A stretch of DNA of 25,218 bases from a virus (IMGVR_UViG_3300035492_000080:64001-89218); one strand, 5' to 3'. Shown: positions 6,334-14,476, counted from the first letter of the stretch. Translations and numbers: made by a program. Notes: generated by a model from the sequence alone, not told the origin.

Positions 6334-7476
6334 ATGCTCAAGCTCACTATGTCTCAACTGAAGAACCTTCTGCCGATCTACATCAAGGCAAACACTCCTG
6401 TAATGATCTGGGGTGGTCCGGGCGAAGGTAAATCCGGTTTGGTGAAAAGTGTTGTTGAGAAAATCGGAGCTGATCTGCAAGACTTCCGTCTGCTGATGCG
6501 TGATGCCGTTGATGTTCATGGTCTGCCTGATAAAAATGAAGATGGTCGCATGGTTTGGTCCTATCCGAAAGAGATGCCACTGGCGTCCGATAAGATCGAG
6601 AAAACCCGCGTAATGTTCCTTGATGAACTTCCGGCAGCACCTACTAACGTTCAAACTGTCGCATACCAAATGCTGCATGAACGTGCAATTGATGACACGC
6701 CTCTGCATGAGAATGTTCGTTTCGTGGCTGCTGGCAACCGTGAGCGTGATGGTGCTGTTTCCAACCGCATGCCCACGCCTCTGGCAAACCGCATGGCTCA
6801 CTTCGATGTTGAAGCAGATGTCAATAGCTGGCTGAGCTGGGCACACGGTGCTGGTCAGAACCCGTATGTTCTGGCTCACATTGAAAACAGCCCGCAAGAC
6901 CTACGAGTTGCCGATATCAAGGAATACACCACCAATAAGGCGTTCCGTTCGCCTCGTGCTTGGGAATACACCAGCAATGTTCTGAAAATTGCATTGCAAG
7001 GGAACGATGGGACTATCTCTGATGGTGACATCTCAATGATGGAAGATATTGTTGCATCTTTCGTAGGTGCTCCAACTGCTGCAAACTTCCGTGGTTATAT
7101 CGAGGTAGGAGCGAAGCTTCCGAAGCCTCGGGAAATTCTGGAAGGTAGTGTGAAAGCCAAGCGTTTTGAGCTGCATGAGCAATTCTTCATTTCGTGTGGT
7201 GTTCTTGCTCAACTGGCAGAAAACCGGAAGTTGGTAGAGGTGCGTGGGGTTTCTGATTATCAGAATGATCCTGAGTTTATGAAAGGTGTTGACAATGCTC
7301 TGGGTTTTGTTAAGGATAGTTTTGATGCCGAAACTCTGGCATCTTTCCTGAGCCGCTTCGTCAACCGCGACTTCTACGGCTTCCATTTCTCCAGTCAAAG
7401 TGCTGTACAGAAAGCATGGGCACAATCTGTATTTGGCGGTAAAGAAGGTCATAGCCGACTCATCTTCGCAAGCTAA
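6334..7476 (+). CDS. MoxR-like (AAA_5-type) AAA+ ATPase
   Basis: Walker A GGPGEGKS, Walker B VMFLDE, sensor-1 AAGN, Arg finger LANRM; GGAGG RBS. Confidence 0.9.
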   Translation: MLKLTMSQLKNLLPIYIKANTPVMIWGGPGEGKSGLVKSVVEKIGADLQDFRLLMRDAVDVHGLPDKNEDGRMVWSYPKEMPLASDKIEKTRVMFLDELPAAPTNVQTVAYQMLHERAIDDTPLHENVRFVAAGNRERDGAVSNRMPTPLANRMAHFDVEADVNSWLSWAHGAGQNPYVLAHIENSPQDLRVADIKEYTTNKAFRSPRAWEYTSNVLKIALQGNDGTISDGDISMMEDIVASFVGAPTAANFRGYIEVGAKLPKPREILEGSVKAKRFELHEQFFISCGVLAQLAENRKLVEVRGVSDYQNDPEFMKGVDNALGFVKDSFDAETLASFLSRFVNRDFYGFHFSSQSAVQKAWAQSVFGGKEGHSRLIFAS

Positions 7477-7493
7477 TAAAAATTAATCCAACT

Positions 7494-7521
7494 AGGGCAC
7501 CGAATGGTGCCCTTTCTCTCT
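7494..7521 (+). terminator. intergenic hairpin, weak terminator/attenuator
   Basis: AGGGCACC-GAAT-GGTGCCCT followed by TTCTCTCT, between the ATPase and vWA genes. Confidence 0.65.
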
Positions 7522-7530
7522 GGAGGGAAA

Positions 7531-8667
7531 ATGTCTAAGAATTTCACTGCTGCTGAAAAACTCACAATTGCCCGGATCGCGCTTGGTAAGCGTTTTCCTT
7601 TTTACAGTTTTCTAGCTCTTCGCCTGAAACTGAAAGAAGTTTCGGAGATTCCAACAGCGGGTGTTGATGGTAAAGGCACTATGTACTACAACCCCGAATT
7701 CATTGATGGTCTCACTACAGACGAGATTGTTTGGTTGTGGGGTCATGAAATCGGCCATCTTGTTTTTGAACACGTTGCACTGAAAGGTAAACGCAACCAC
7801 ACCCTCTGGAACATGGCAGGCGACTATGCAATCAATCTTCTTCTTGAAAAGGATGGTGTTGGTAAGCGTATTAAAGATGTTCTTTACGATACCAAGTATG
7901 AGGATTGGACGGCTGCTGCAATTTATGAAGACCTCTTGAAAGATGCGGAAGCGAATGCTCAGAAGTATGGGGAGGCAACCGGCGCTGACGACCATTCGAT
8001 GTGGGGAGACCTCACTGAAGAAGAACAAGCCAAGGTTAGTAAGCAGTGGCGTCAAGCTGCTGTTGCAGCCGCCCATGCTGCAAAGCAGGCAGGTGGGCAG
8101 GTTCCAGAGGCATTCCGTGACCTGATTTCTGATCTTACCGAGACAAAGATTCGTTGGGAGGATATTGTTCGTGAGCGTATCCGTTCTTTCAACAAGGAAG
8201 AAATTAGTTGGAGCCGGGTAAACCGTCGCCGCCAGTTGGGTGAATTCAACTACCCCGGAAAGAAGCCCGGCGAAAAAGTTAAGTTTATGGTGGCTATTGA
8301 CGTGTCTGGTAGTTTCTCTCAAGAAGATGTCACTAAGGCAATGTCTGAGGTATATGGTGCCACTCGTGAATTCAATGAAGTGACTGTTGATGTAATTCAA
8401 TGGGACACTCGGGTGTATGGTGAAAAGCAATTTACTCAAGATAATGCAGATGAGATGGTTGGATACCAGATTGAGGGTGGTGGTGGTACTGATTTTAACT
8501 GTGTGATTGACTACCTTCGTGATAATCATATCGAACCGTCTCAATTGTTTGTATTCACTGACCTCTATTTCAGTTACATGCCTGATCCCGGCATTTGCCC
8601 AACTACATTTATTGCAGTTGGGAATGATGCAGAGGGGCCGTATGGCGAAACTGTTAAATATGAATAA
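7531..8667 (+). CDS. DUF2201-type protein: HExxH metallopeptidase-like domain plus C-terminal vWA domain
   Basis: AGVDG..MYYNPEF, GHEIGH, WNMAGDYAIN. MIDAS elements IDVSGS, GGGTDF, FTD. GGAGG RBS supports ATG 7531. Confidence 0.9.
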   Translation: MSKNFTAAEKLTIARIALGKRFPFYSFLALRLKLKEVSEIPTAGVDGKGTMYYNPEFIDGLTTDEIVWLWGHEIGHLVFEHVALKGKRNHTLWNMAGDYAINLLLEKDGVGKRIKDVLYDTKYEDWTAAAIYEDLLKDAEANAQKYGEATGADDHSMWGDLTEEEQAKVSKQWRQAAVAAAHAAKQAGGQVPEAFRDLISDLTETKIRWEDIVRERIRSFNKEEISWSRVNRRRQLGEFNYPGKKPGEKVKFMVAIDVSGSFSQEDVTKAMSEVYGATREFNEVTVDVIQWDTRVYGEKQFTQDNADEMVGYQIEGGGGTDFNCVIDYLRDNHIEPSQLFVFTDLYFSYMPDPGICPTTFIAVGNDAEGPYGETVKYE

Positions 8668-8679
8668 GAGGATTTAAAT

Positions 8680-9087
8680 ATGACAAATTTTCTCCTGAAA
8701 AACGTTCTTGATGACGATACTGGCTCATCAACATACTCAGACACTTTTAACCAAATCTTCGTTGATATTTCAGGGGAAAATTTCTCAATAAATAAGAATA
8801 TACTAATGAGTGTTTCTAATAGAATCTCTTGGGTAGCTGAAATGACTATGCCAGAGAAGTTCGGAGAAGACAGACACTTCATAGTTTATATGAAGCTTGA
8901 AGAAGCTGAAACTTTCCAGAATCTCTGCTTAGCAGTTGGTGCAAAATTAGAAGTTATAGATTTTCTCGAAAAAGAAAAATATCCCATAGAAGTTAGAGAA
9001 CTTATAGACACCTATTGGGAAATAAGTGATGAAGGTGTTTGCAGGTTTCTCAATAATCTTGTATATGAGGGGGCCATTGGTGGATAA
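8680..9087 (+). CDS. acidic hypothetical protein (AT-rich gene)
   Basis: GAGG RBS, 135 aa. Confidence 0.75.
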   Translation: MTNFLLKNVLDDDTGSSTYSDTFNQIFVDISGENFSINKNILMSVSNRISWVAEMTMPEKFGEDRHFIVYMKLEEAETFQNLCLAVGAKLEVIDFLEKEKYPIEVRELIDTYWEISDEGVCRFLNNLVYEGAIGG

Positions 9088-9460
9088 TCTTTTTATTGTT
9101 ATGAGAATGGAAGATGCCGATAAAACATCAAATTTTGAAAACGTCATTATCATTAAGGGCACTGAGTGCTTAGAGATTGTCTCTAATGTTTGTAAAACTC
9201 TCGATATCTACAAAGACTTTTCAAAAGAAGATGATGGTAATTGTGATGGAATTGGGGAGGGACTAGAATACCTCATGACGGATGATGAGGTATTGTTGAT
9301 TGAAACTGTGTTAAGCACCAGTGCAATTGAAACATATCATTTTGATATGGAAGACATTTCCTATTTCAAGAAGGTGGATCAAAGAGATTTAAACAAGGAT
9401 ATTCGTTTGAAATCTCTTTGTGACTTCATTGAGCAAAAACAGGGGAGTAAAGGAGGGTAG
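9080..9460 (+). CDS. acidic hypothetical protein (AT-rich gene)
   Basis: GAGGGGG RBS supports GTG 9080; stop abuts the primase ATG. Confidence 0.75.
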   Translation: MDNLFIVMRMEDADKTSNFENVIIIKGTECLEIVSNVCKTLDIYKDFSKEDDGNCDGIGEGLEYLMTDDEVLLIETVLSTSAIETYHFDMEDISYFKKVDQRDLNKDIRLKSLCDFIEQKQGSKGG

Positions 9461-11167
9461 ATGGGTGGGGTGATTGGGCGAGAGCAGTGCCCAAAGTGTG
9501 CTGAAGGTGGTGGAGACAGAAGCAAGAACAACTTAGCCCGCTACTCCGACGGAGGCGGGCATTGTTTTGTCTGTAACTATCATGAGTTTGCAAACAGTAA
9601 GAATCGTGTGAGGGAGGAAAAAGTGGCGACTGAGAAGGTAGGAATTGAAGTTTACCATTCCTTACCTTATGGTGAAGTTCATGGCGTTTCAAAAGAAACT
9701 TGTCAGAAATACGGAATCAAGGTAAGTGTCAATGAAGAGACAGGAAGAGTTGAGAGTGTATACTACCCTTACTACTCAGAAGATGGTAAACTAGTAGCTG
9801 CAAAGGTGAGGAAACTCGCAACAAAAGAGTTTCACTGGATTGGTAGTCCAAGTAAAGCCACACTCTTTGGCCAACAAACCATTGGCCAAGGGGGTCAGAT
9901 GGTGATCATCACTGAAGGAGAAAAGGATGCTCTCGCTCTGAGTGAGATGTATCGACTTTCCGGTAAAAATTATCGAGTAGTTTCCATCAAGGATGGTGCT
10001 TCTCTCCCACGAGCAGGGGAGAAGTTGCCAAAACCTGACATCACTGTTGCCACAAACTTGGACCTCCTGTCTAAGTTCAACCATGTAATTGTCGCAATGG
10101 ACAAAGACAAGGCGGGTGAAGCAACAGCTAATATGATTGCGGAGATGGTGGCTCCAGTAACTAGTGTGAAAATCCTAGATTACCCCGATGGGTACAAGGA
10201 TGCTCACGAGTGTTTTGAGGGTGTGTTTGATTCTTCAGGAGAACAACTTAAACCAGCGATCCCGCGAGCCGCTCTAACATGGCTCCAGAACGCTCGTGAT
10301 TTCGTTCCTGAAGCGATTTACAATGGTAGTGATATCGCCCTAGAGGACTTGATGACACCACTTGCTCCCGGTGCTCCTATCCCGTTTCAGGGGTTGCAGG
10401 AGAAGATGCACGGGCTTCGTAAAGGCGAGTTGACAACTATCTGTGCGGCATCCGGGGCTGGTAAGAGTACGCTTACACGAGAGCTTGCTTATTCACTTGT
10501 GAAGAGTGGCCACCGTGTAGCAAACATCTTCCTCGAAGAGACGATGGAGAAAACCGCCCAAAGCTTCATTGCTCTGGATAATAACATCCCACTGGCTCGT
10601 TTGCGTGCAATGCCTAATTCGATTGCTCCAGATGATTACAAGCGGAGTTATGAAGAACTTGTAGCTAATGGTCGCAACTTCTTCTTTAAGCACTTTGGTA
10701 GCTTAGACAGTGACTTGTTGTTGAATAAAATGCGCTACTTTGCTCAGGCTCAGCAGTGTGATTTTATTTTCCTAGACCACTTGTCGATGGTTGTAAGCGC
10801 GAGCGATGAGGGGAATGATGAGCGTAAATTGCTAGACAAGATTTGTACTAAGCTGGCGGCGTTCTGTACTGAGACTGGTGTTGGTGTGATTATGGTTGTT
10901 CACCTTCGTAAGACAGGAAACAACCAACAGAGCGCTTCACAGGGCGGCATGATTACGCTAGACGATCTTCGTGGCTCTGGTGGTATTGCTCAGCTGTCTT
11001 TCAACGTTGTAGCTGCTCTACGGGACACTACGGCTGTGGATGATGGGAAGGCCAACATTGTTCAACTTTGGGTTTTGAAAAACCGAGAATGGGGCAGCAC
11101 AGGGATGGCCGGTAGGCTTGTCTATGATCGACAAACAGGACGGTTAAAAGAACTGCCTGATTTTTAA
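9461..11167 (+). CDS. bifunctional DNA primase-helicase (T7 gp4-like)
   Basis: Zn finger CPKC...HCFVC; TOPRIM ITEGEKDA and MDKD; SF4 helicase motifs AASGAGKS, FLEE, FLDHL, VVHLRK, LRGSG, KNR. Confidence 0.95.
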   Translation: MGGVIGREQCPKCAEGGGDRSKNNLARYSDGGGHCFVCNYHEFANSKNRVREEKVATEKVGIEVYHSLPYGEVHGVSKETCQKYGIKVSVNEETGRVESVYYPYYSEDGKLVAAKVRKLATKEFHWIGSPSKATLFGQQTIGQGGQMVIITEGEKDALALSEMYRLSGKNYRVVSIKDGASLPRAGEKLPKPDITVATNLDLLSKFNHVIVAMDKDKAGEATANMIAEMVAPVTSVKILDYPDGYKDAHECFEGVFDSSGEQLKPAIPRAALTWLQNARDFVPEAIYNGSDIALEDLMTPLAPGAPIPFQGLQEKMHGLRKGELTTICAASGAGKSTLTRELAYSLVKSGHRVANIFLEETMEKTAQSFIALDNNIPLARLRAMPNSIAPDDYKRSYEELVANGRNFFFKHFGSLDSDLLLNKMRYFAQAQQCDFIFLDHLSMVVSASDEGNDERKLLDKICTKLAAFCTETGVGVIMVVHLRKTGNNQQSASQGGMITLDDLRGSGGIAQLSFNVVAALRDTTAVDDGKANIVQLWVLKNREWGSTGMAGRLVYDRQTGRLKELPDF

Positions 11168-11176
11168 GGAGGTAAT

Positions 11177-12760
11177 GTGAAACTGAATGGGTTTGTACTA
11201 GACGTTGAGGCTAATGGGTTTTACTTCCAGTCAACCCTGATGTGGATTATTCACCTGCGAGATTTGTATACTGGAGAGAAGTTGTCTATTTATCCATTTA
11301 AGGATGTGGCTGCGCCTCTCCAATTCGATCAGTGGATGAATAAATACACCAACCCCTTGGTGGTATTTCATAATGGATTGGGGTATGATATTTTCGCAAT
11401 GCGGAAACATCTAGGAATCAACTTCACCGTTGGACCGGATACAATCAATGAAAAACCTGTAAGGTTTGTAGACACTTTTTACCTATCAATGTTTCTAAAC
11501 CCTGATCGTCAAGGTCATGGTATTGAGCCGTGGGGTGAACGTCTTGGGTTGCAGAAAATTGACTGGCGTGGTGAAGCAATTAAGCTTGGCTTGATTGATA
11601 AGAATGCTCCAGATGGGGCAGAGTTTATGCAGTGGCATCCTCAGATGGGTGTATACTGTGAACGAGACGTAGAAGTTAACGTAAGAGTGTTTCTTGCACT
11701 TCTTGATGAATGGCGAGATGCTTACGGAGAATGGACTGAAACACTCCCACAACATTTTAAGTGTGGGCAGAAGAGTTTCTATCTCATGTCCTGTCAGGCT
11801 CTTTGTGGGTGGAAGTTTGATAAAGAGAAAGCTCTAGCTCTCAAGGAGAGGATTGCTGTAATGATGGAAGAGATTCGGGCTGCCACTGAGCCGAAGCTTC
11901 CACCTCGCCCACTTAAAAAGGGTGAACAAAATAATTTCACAATCCCTGCAAAACCTTGGAAAAAAGATGGAACATTCTCTTCTCATATGCTAAACTTTAT
12001 AGAGAAGCATAATGCTGAAGTGATTGACAGCCACAATATCCGCGTATACGGAATGGATGTGGAAATCGAGAGCAGGAAGATTCTCGATGTTAAGGTGCCT
12101 ATGGAAATGGGCAACCAAGACGATATGAAGGAATGGTTTTTGGAAATGGGCTGGGAGCCTGTATTCTGGAACTACAAGAAGGGACCGGATGGGAAACCGG
12201 AGAGGGATAGTCGCAGACAATTAATCCCAACATCGCCAAAGATTCAGGAGCAAGGGAAAATTTGTCCCAACCTGCTTGCGATGGAAGGTGATATTGTTAA
12301 AGATGTTGTGAAGTGGCTGAGCTTGCGAAACCGAGCTGCTGTGTTGGAAAGTTGGATTAATAACCCTCGTCTAGAAATGGACGGTAGACTCCCAACAGAC
12401 AGGACAGGTATTGCAGCAACACACAGACAGAAGCACAAGATCGTTGTGAACGTTCCAAAAGCCTCTGAGAAAGTATTGCTTGGTAAGGAGTTCAGGGAAC
12501 TGTTTACCAGCGAGGAAGGCTTCAAAATTGCTGCTGGTGACGCGGCAGCACTTGAGGGAAGGGTACAGGGCCACTATACGTTTAAGTACGATGGTGGAGC
12601 CACTGCGAAGGAATTGCTTGAGGGTGATCCACACTCTAAGAACGTTGTTGCGTTCTATTGGGATGATGAGCCGGTGTTGCATCAATTTAATATTAATGAT
12701 CCTGCATTTGATAAGGAACATCCGATATTCAAACCATTCCGTGACAGGAGTAAAAACGGT
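11177..12760 (+). CDS. family A DNA polymerase, exon 1 (3'-5' exonuclease, thumb, motif A, start of motif B)
   Basis: DVEANG, FHNGLGYD, YCERD, GDAAALEGR; ends RDRSKNG at the 5' splice site. Confidence 0.93.
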
Positions 12761-13466
12761 TAATTTAGCCCGCTAACTGAGTAATCAGTTAGATGAATTG
12801 TGTGAATTCAGGGGAAGTCTTAATAGGTAGTGCTAAAGATAATCCTGAGCCAAGCCAAATAGCGTATTGCCTTTATGGGAGGTGGTATGCACATAGTTAG
12901 AAGTAATAAAAAGCAGGAAGAACAAACTGCTTCACCGGACAAGTACCCACAAGGTAGGTTCAATGAGAAGCCTTGTAGAGAGTGTAAGGAGATTTACTCA
13001 CCTAAAGCTCCATCACACCTGTACTGCTCGGATGATTGCGCGGATAATGGTACGACTAGGAATTATCTCAGGAAAAATTATGGGATAACTTTAGAAGAGT
13101 ATAAAGAGATGGTTGTAAATTCTGGTGGTAAGTGTAATATTTGTGGAGATGTTGGTTTTACGATGAACCGTAATCAGCGTTCCCCGCTTGTGATTGACCA
13201 CTGCCACGCAACAGGAAAGGTTAGAGGGCTTCTTTGTCACAATTGCAACAGAGCACTCGGACTGTTTAAAGACAACATTCAAACATTAGAAACCGCAATA
13301 CGCTATCTGGAAGGTGCAACGACTATCCCGCAAGGGAGTACACTGGAGTCAGTGGAAGCGCACAACACCCTTCAATAAGGGTGATGATATAGTCTGATCT
13401 TTATGGAAACATAGAGCAGCTTGAATAAAGCGGGGAGAGCTTAACGAACTCTCCTGAACATAAATG
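12761..13466 (+). mobile_element. self-splicing group I intron (IA2-like), 706 nt
   Basis: U before the 5' splice site and terminal G. P2 hairpin 12773-12792 with GUAA loop. P/Q AATTCAGGGGAA/AATCCTGAGC. R/S GTGCAACGACTA/ATGATATAGTC. P7.1 and P7.2 hairpins, P3, P8 and P9 pairings. Excision restores motif B in frame. Confidence 0.93.
12887..13378 (+). CDS. intron-encoded homing endonuclease, EndoVII-type HNH
   Basis: YGITLEEY, CNICG, IDHCH, VRGLLCHNCN.ALG.FKD; N-terminal CRECK...YCSDDC Zn finger. GGAGG suggests ATG 12887 (alternative start 12875). Confidence 0.9.
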   Translation: MHIVRSNKKQEEQTASPDKYPQGRFNEKPCRECKEIYSPKAPSHLYCSDDCADNGTTRNYLRKNYGITLEEYKEMVVNSGGKCNICGDVGFTMNRNQRSPLVIDHCHATGKVRGLLCHNCNRALGLFKDNIQTLETAIRYLEGATTIPQGSTLESVEAHNTLQ

Positions 13467-13994
13467 TATTATGCAACGATGTATGGTTGTAGTGGACCGA
13501 AGCTTGCCAAAACCCTTGGTTTGCCAGAGTTTAAAGGAGATATTCTTCTGGAGAGGTTTTGGGATGTAAACCCTGGCACCAAGGAATTGAAAGATAACTT
13601 GGAAAGCTTTTGGAATACTAAGGGCCAGAAGAAGTGGCTACCTGCAATTGATGGAAGACGTTTGATTACGCGCAAGAAGAGCGCATTGTTGAACACAATC
13701 TTCCAAAGTTGTGGTGGTATTGCAATGGATTATGCTTGCTGTTTCATGGATAAGTGGCTTGGCCCGATGTATTGGGATCGCTATGGCCGTCCTTTCTACA
13801 AGTATAAAGGGTGTGTTGTTCGCCGTATTGGCTACTACCACGATGAATTGGAATTCGAATGTGAAGAGCCAGTTGCAGAGGAAGTTTCCAAGATGATTGA
13901 GAAAGCAATCACCAAAGCTGGAGAATTCTTAAAACTTGAGATTCCTTTGGCCGGTGAAGGTAAGACCGGGAAGACGTGGAAAGACGTTCACTGA
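13467..13994 (+). CDS. family A DNA polymerase, exon 2
   Basis: YYATMYG (rest of motif B), LLNTIFQS, YHDE (motif C), W..VH terminus; spliced product is 703 aa. Confidence 0.93.
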   Translation, partial: YYATMYGCSGPKLAKTLGLPEFKGDILLERFWDVNPGTKELKDNLESFWNTKGQKKWLPAIDGRRLITRKKSALLNTIFQSCGGIAMDYACCFMDKWLGPMYWDRYGRPFYKYKGCVVRRIGYYHDELEFECEEPVAEEVSKMIEKAITKAGEFLKLEIPLAGEGKTGKTWKDVH

Positions 13995-13999
13995 TTTTT

Positions 14000-14038
14000 T
14001 TTTTGGTAAGTTGAATTTATAGTTTGACTTACCAAAAA
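14000..14038 (+). terminator. long hairpin/inverted repeat after the polymerase, overlapping the next -35 box
   Basis: tttttggtaagt (14000-14011) pairs with acttaccaaaaa (14027-14038). Confidence 0.55.
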
Positions 14039-14051
14039 TTTCCTGTATAAT
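14024..14051 (+). promoter_or_regulatory. sigma70-like promoter
   Basis: TTGACT-N16-TATAAT. Confidence 0.8.
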
Positions 14052-14073
14052 AGGTGTCCTACGGAGAAAGAGA

Positions 14074-14313
14074 ATGAAATATTCTGAAGGTGATGTTGTA
14101 AAAATCTATGCAGCTGTTCATCAGATTGATGGGGATGGAATTCAACTGAGCATCCACGGAGAAACACTTGAGTGGTGGTTTTCAGAGGAAGCGATCTCTA
14201 GACTAGAGATTGAGGCTGATCCAGAATCCTACAAAGCCCGTGAAAAAACGTATCTCAAGAAACAACTTGAGATAATCCAAAAACGTCTGGAGGAATTGGA
14301 TGAAGAAGATTGA
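14074..14313 (+). CDS. hypothetical protein (small beta-barrel-like N-terminus, coiled-coil tail)
   Basis: GGAG RBS; first gene after the promoter. Confidence 0.75.
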   Translation: MKYSEGDVVKIYAAVHQIDGDGIQLSIHGETLEWWFSEEAISRLEIEADPESYKAREKTYLKKQLEIIQKRLEELDEED

Positions 14314-14476
14314 AACTAAAACTGCATGGGCAGTGATTAATGCGGATGGTGAAATCATCTGTTTTGAACGTAATCGGAAAGATGCACGGGAAGTTAAGCG
14401 TGAGATTGAAGAAGACTTCAACAGCAAAGTGAAACTCACTATTGCTAAGTTTGATTTCGCTGGTTTCAAGCGCTAA
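14300..14476 (+). CDS. hypothetical protein (58 aa)
   Basis: Below track cutoff: MKKIETKTAWAVINADGEIICFERNRKDAREVKREIEEDFNSKVKLTIAKFDFAGFKR; GGAGG RBS. Confidence 0.75.
   Translation: MKKIETKTAWAVINADGEIICFERNRKDAREVKREIEEDFNSKVKLTIAKFDFAGFKR

Noticed and set aside
6331-7452. Several minus-strand ORFs (188, 139, 85 aa)
   Set aside because: Antisense shadows of the AAA+ ATPase gene
7612-8544. 310-aa minus-strand ORF
   Set aside because: Antisense to the vWA gene, with no motif or RBS; explained by codon bias on the coding strand
11177-13994. Polymerase as a pseudogene, two-subunit enzyme or intein-containing protein
   Set aside because: The insert has in-frame stops, lacks intein termini and shows all group I intron hallmarks; the ATG at 13464 merely includes the intron's terminal G
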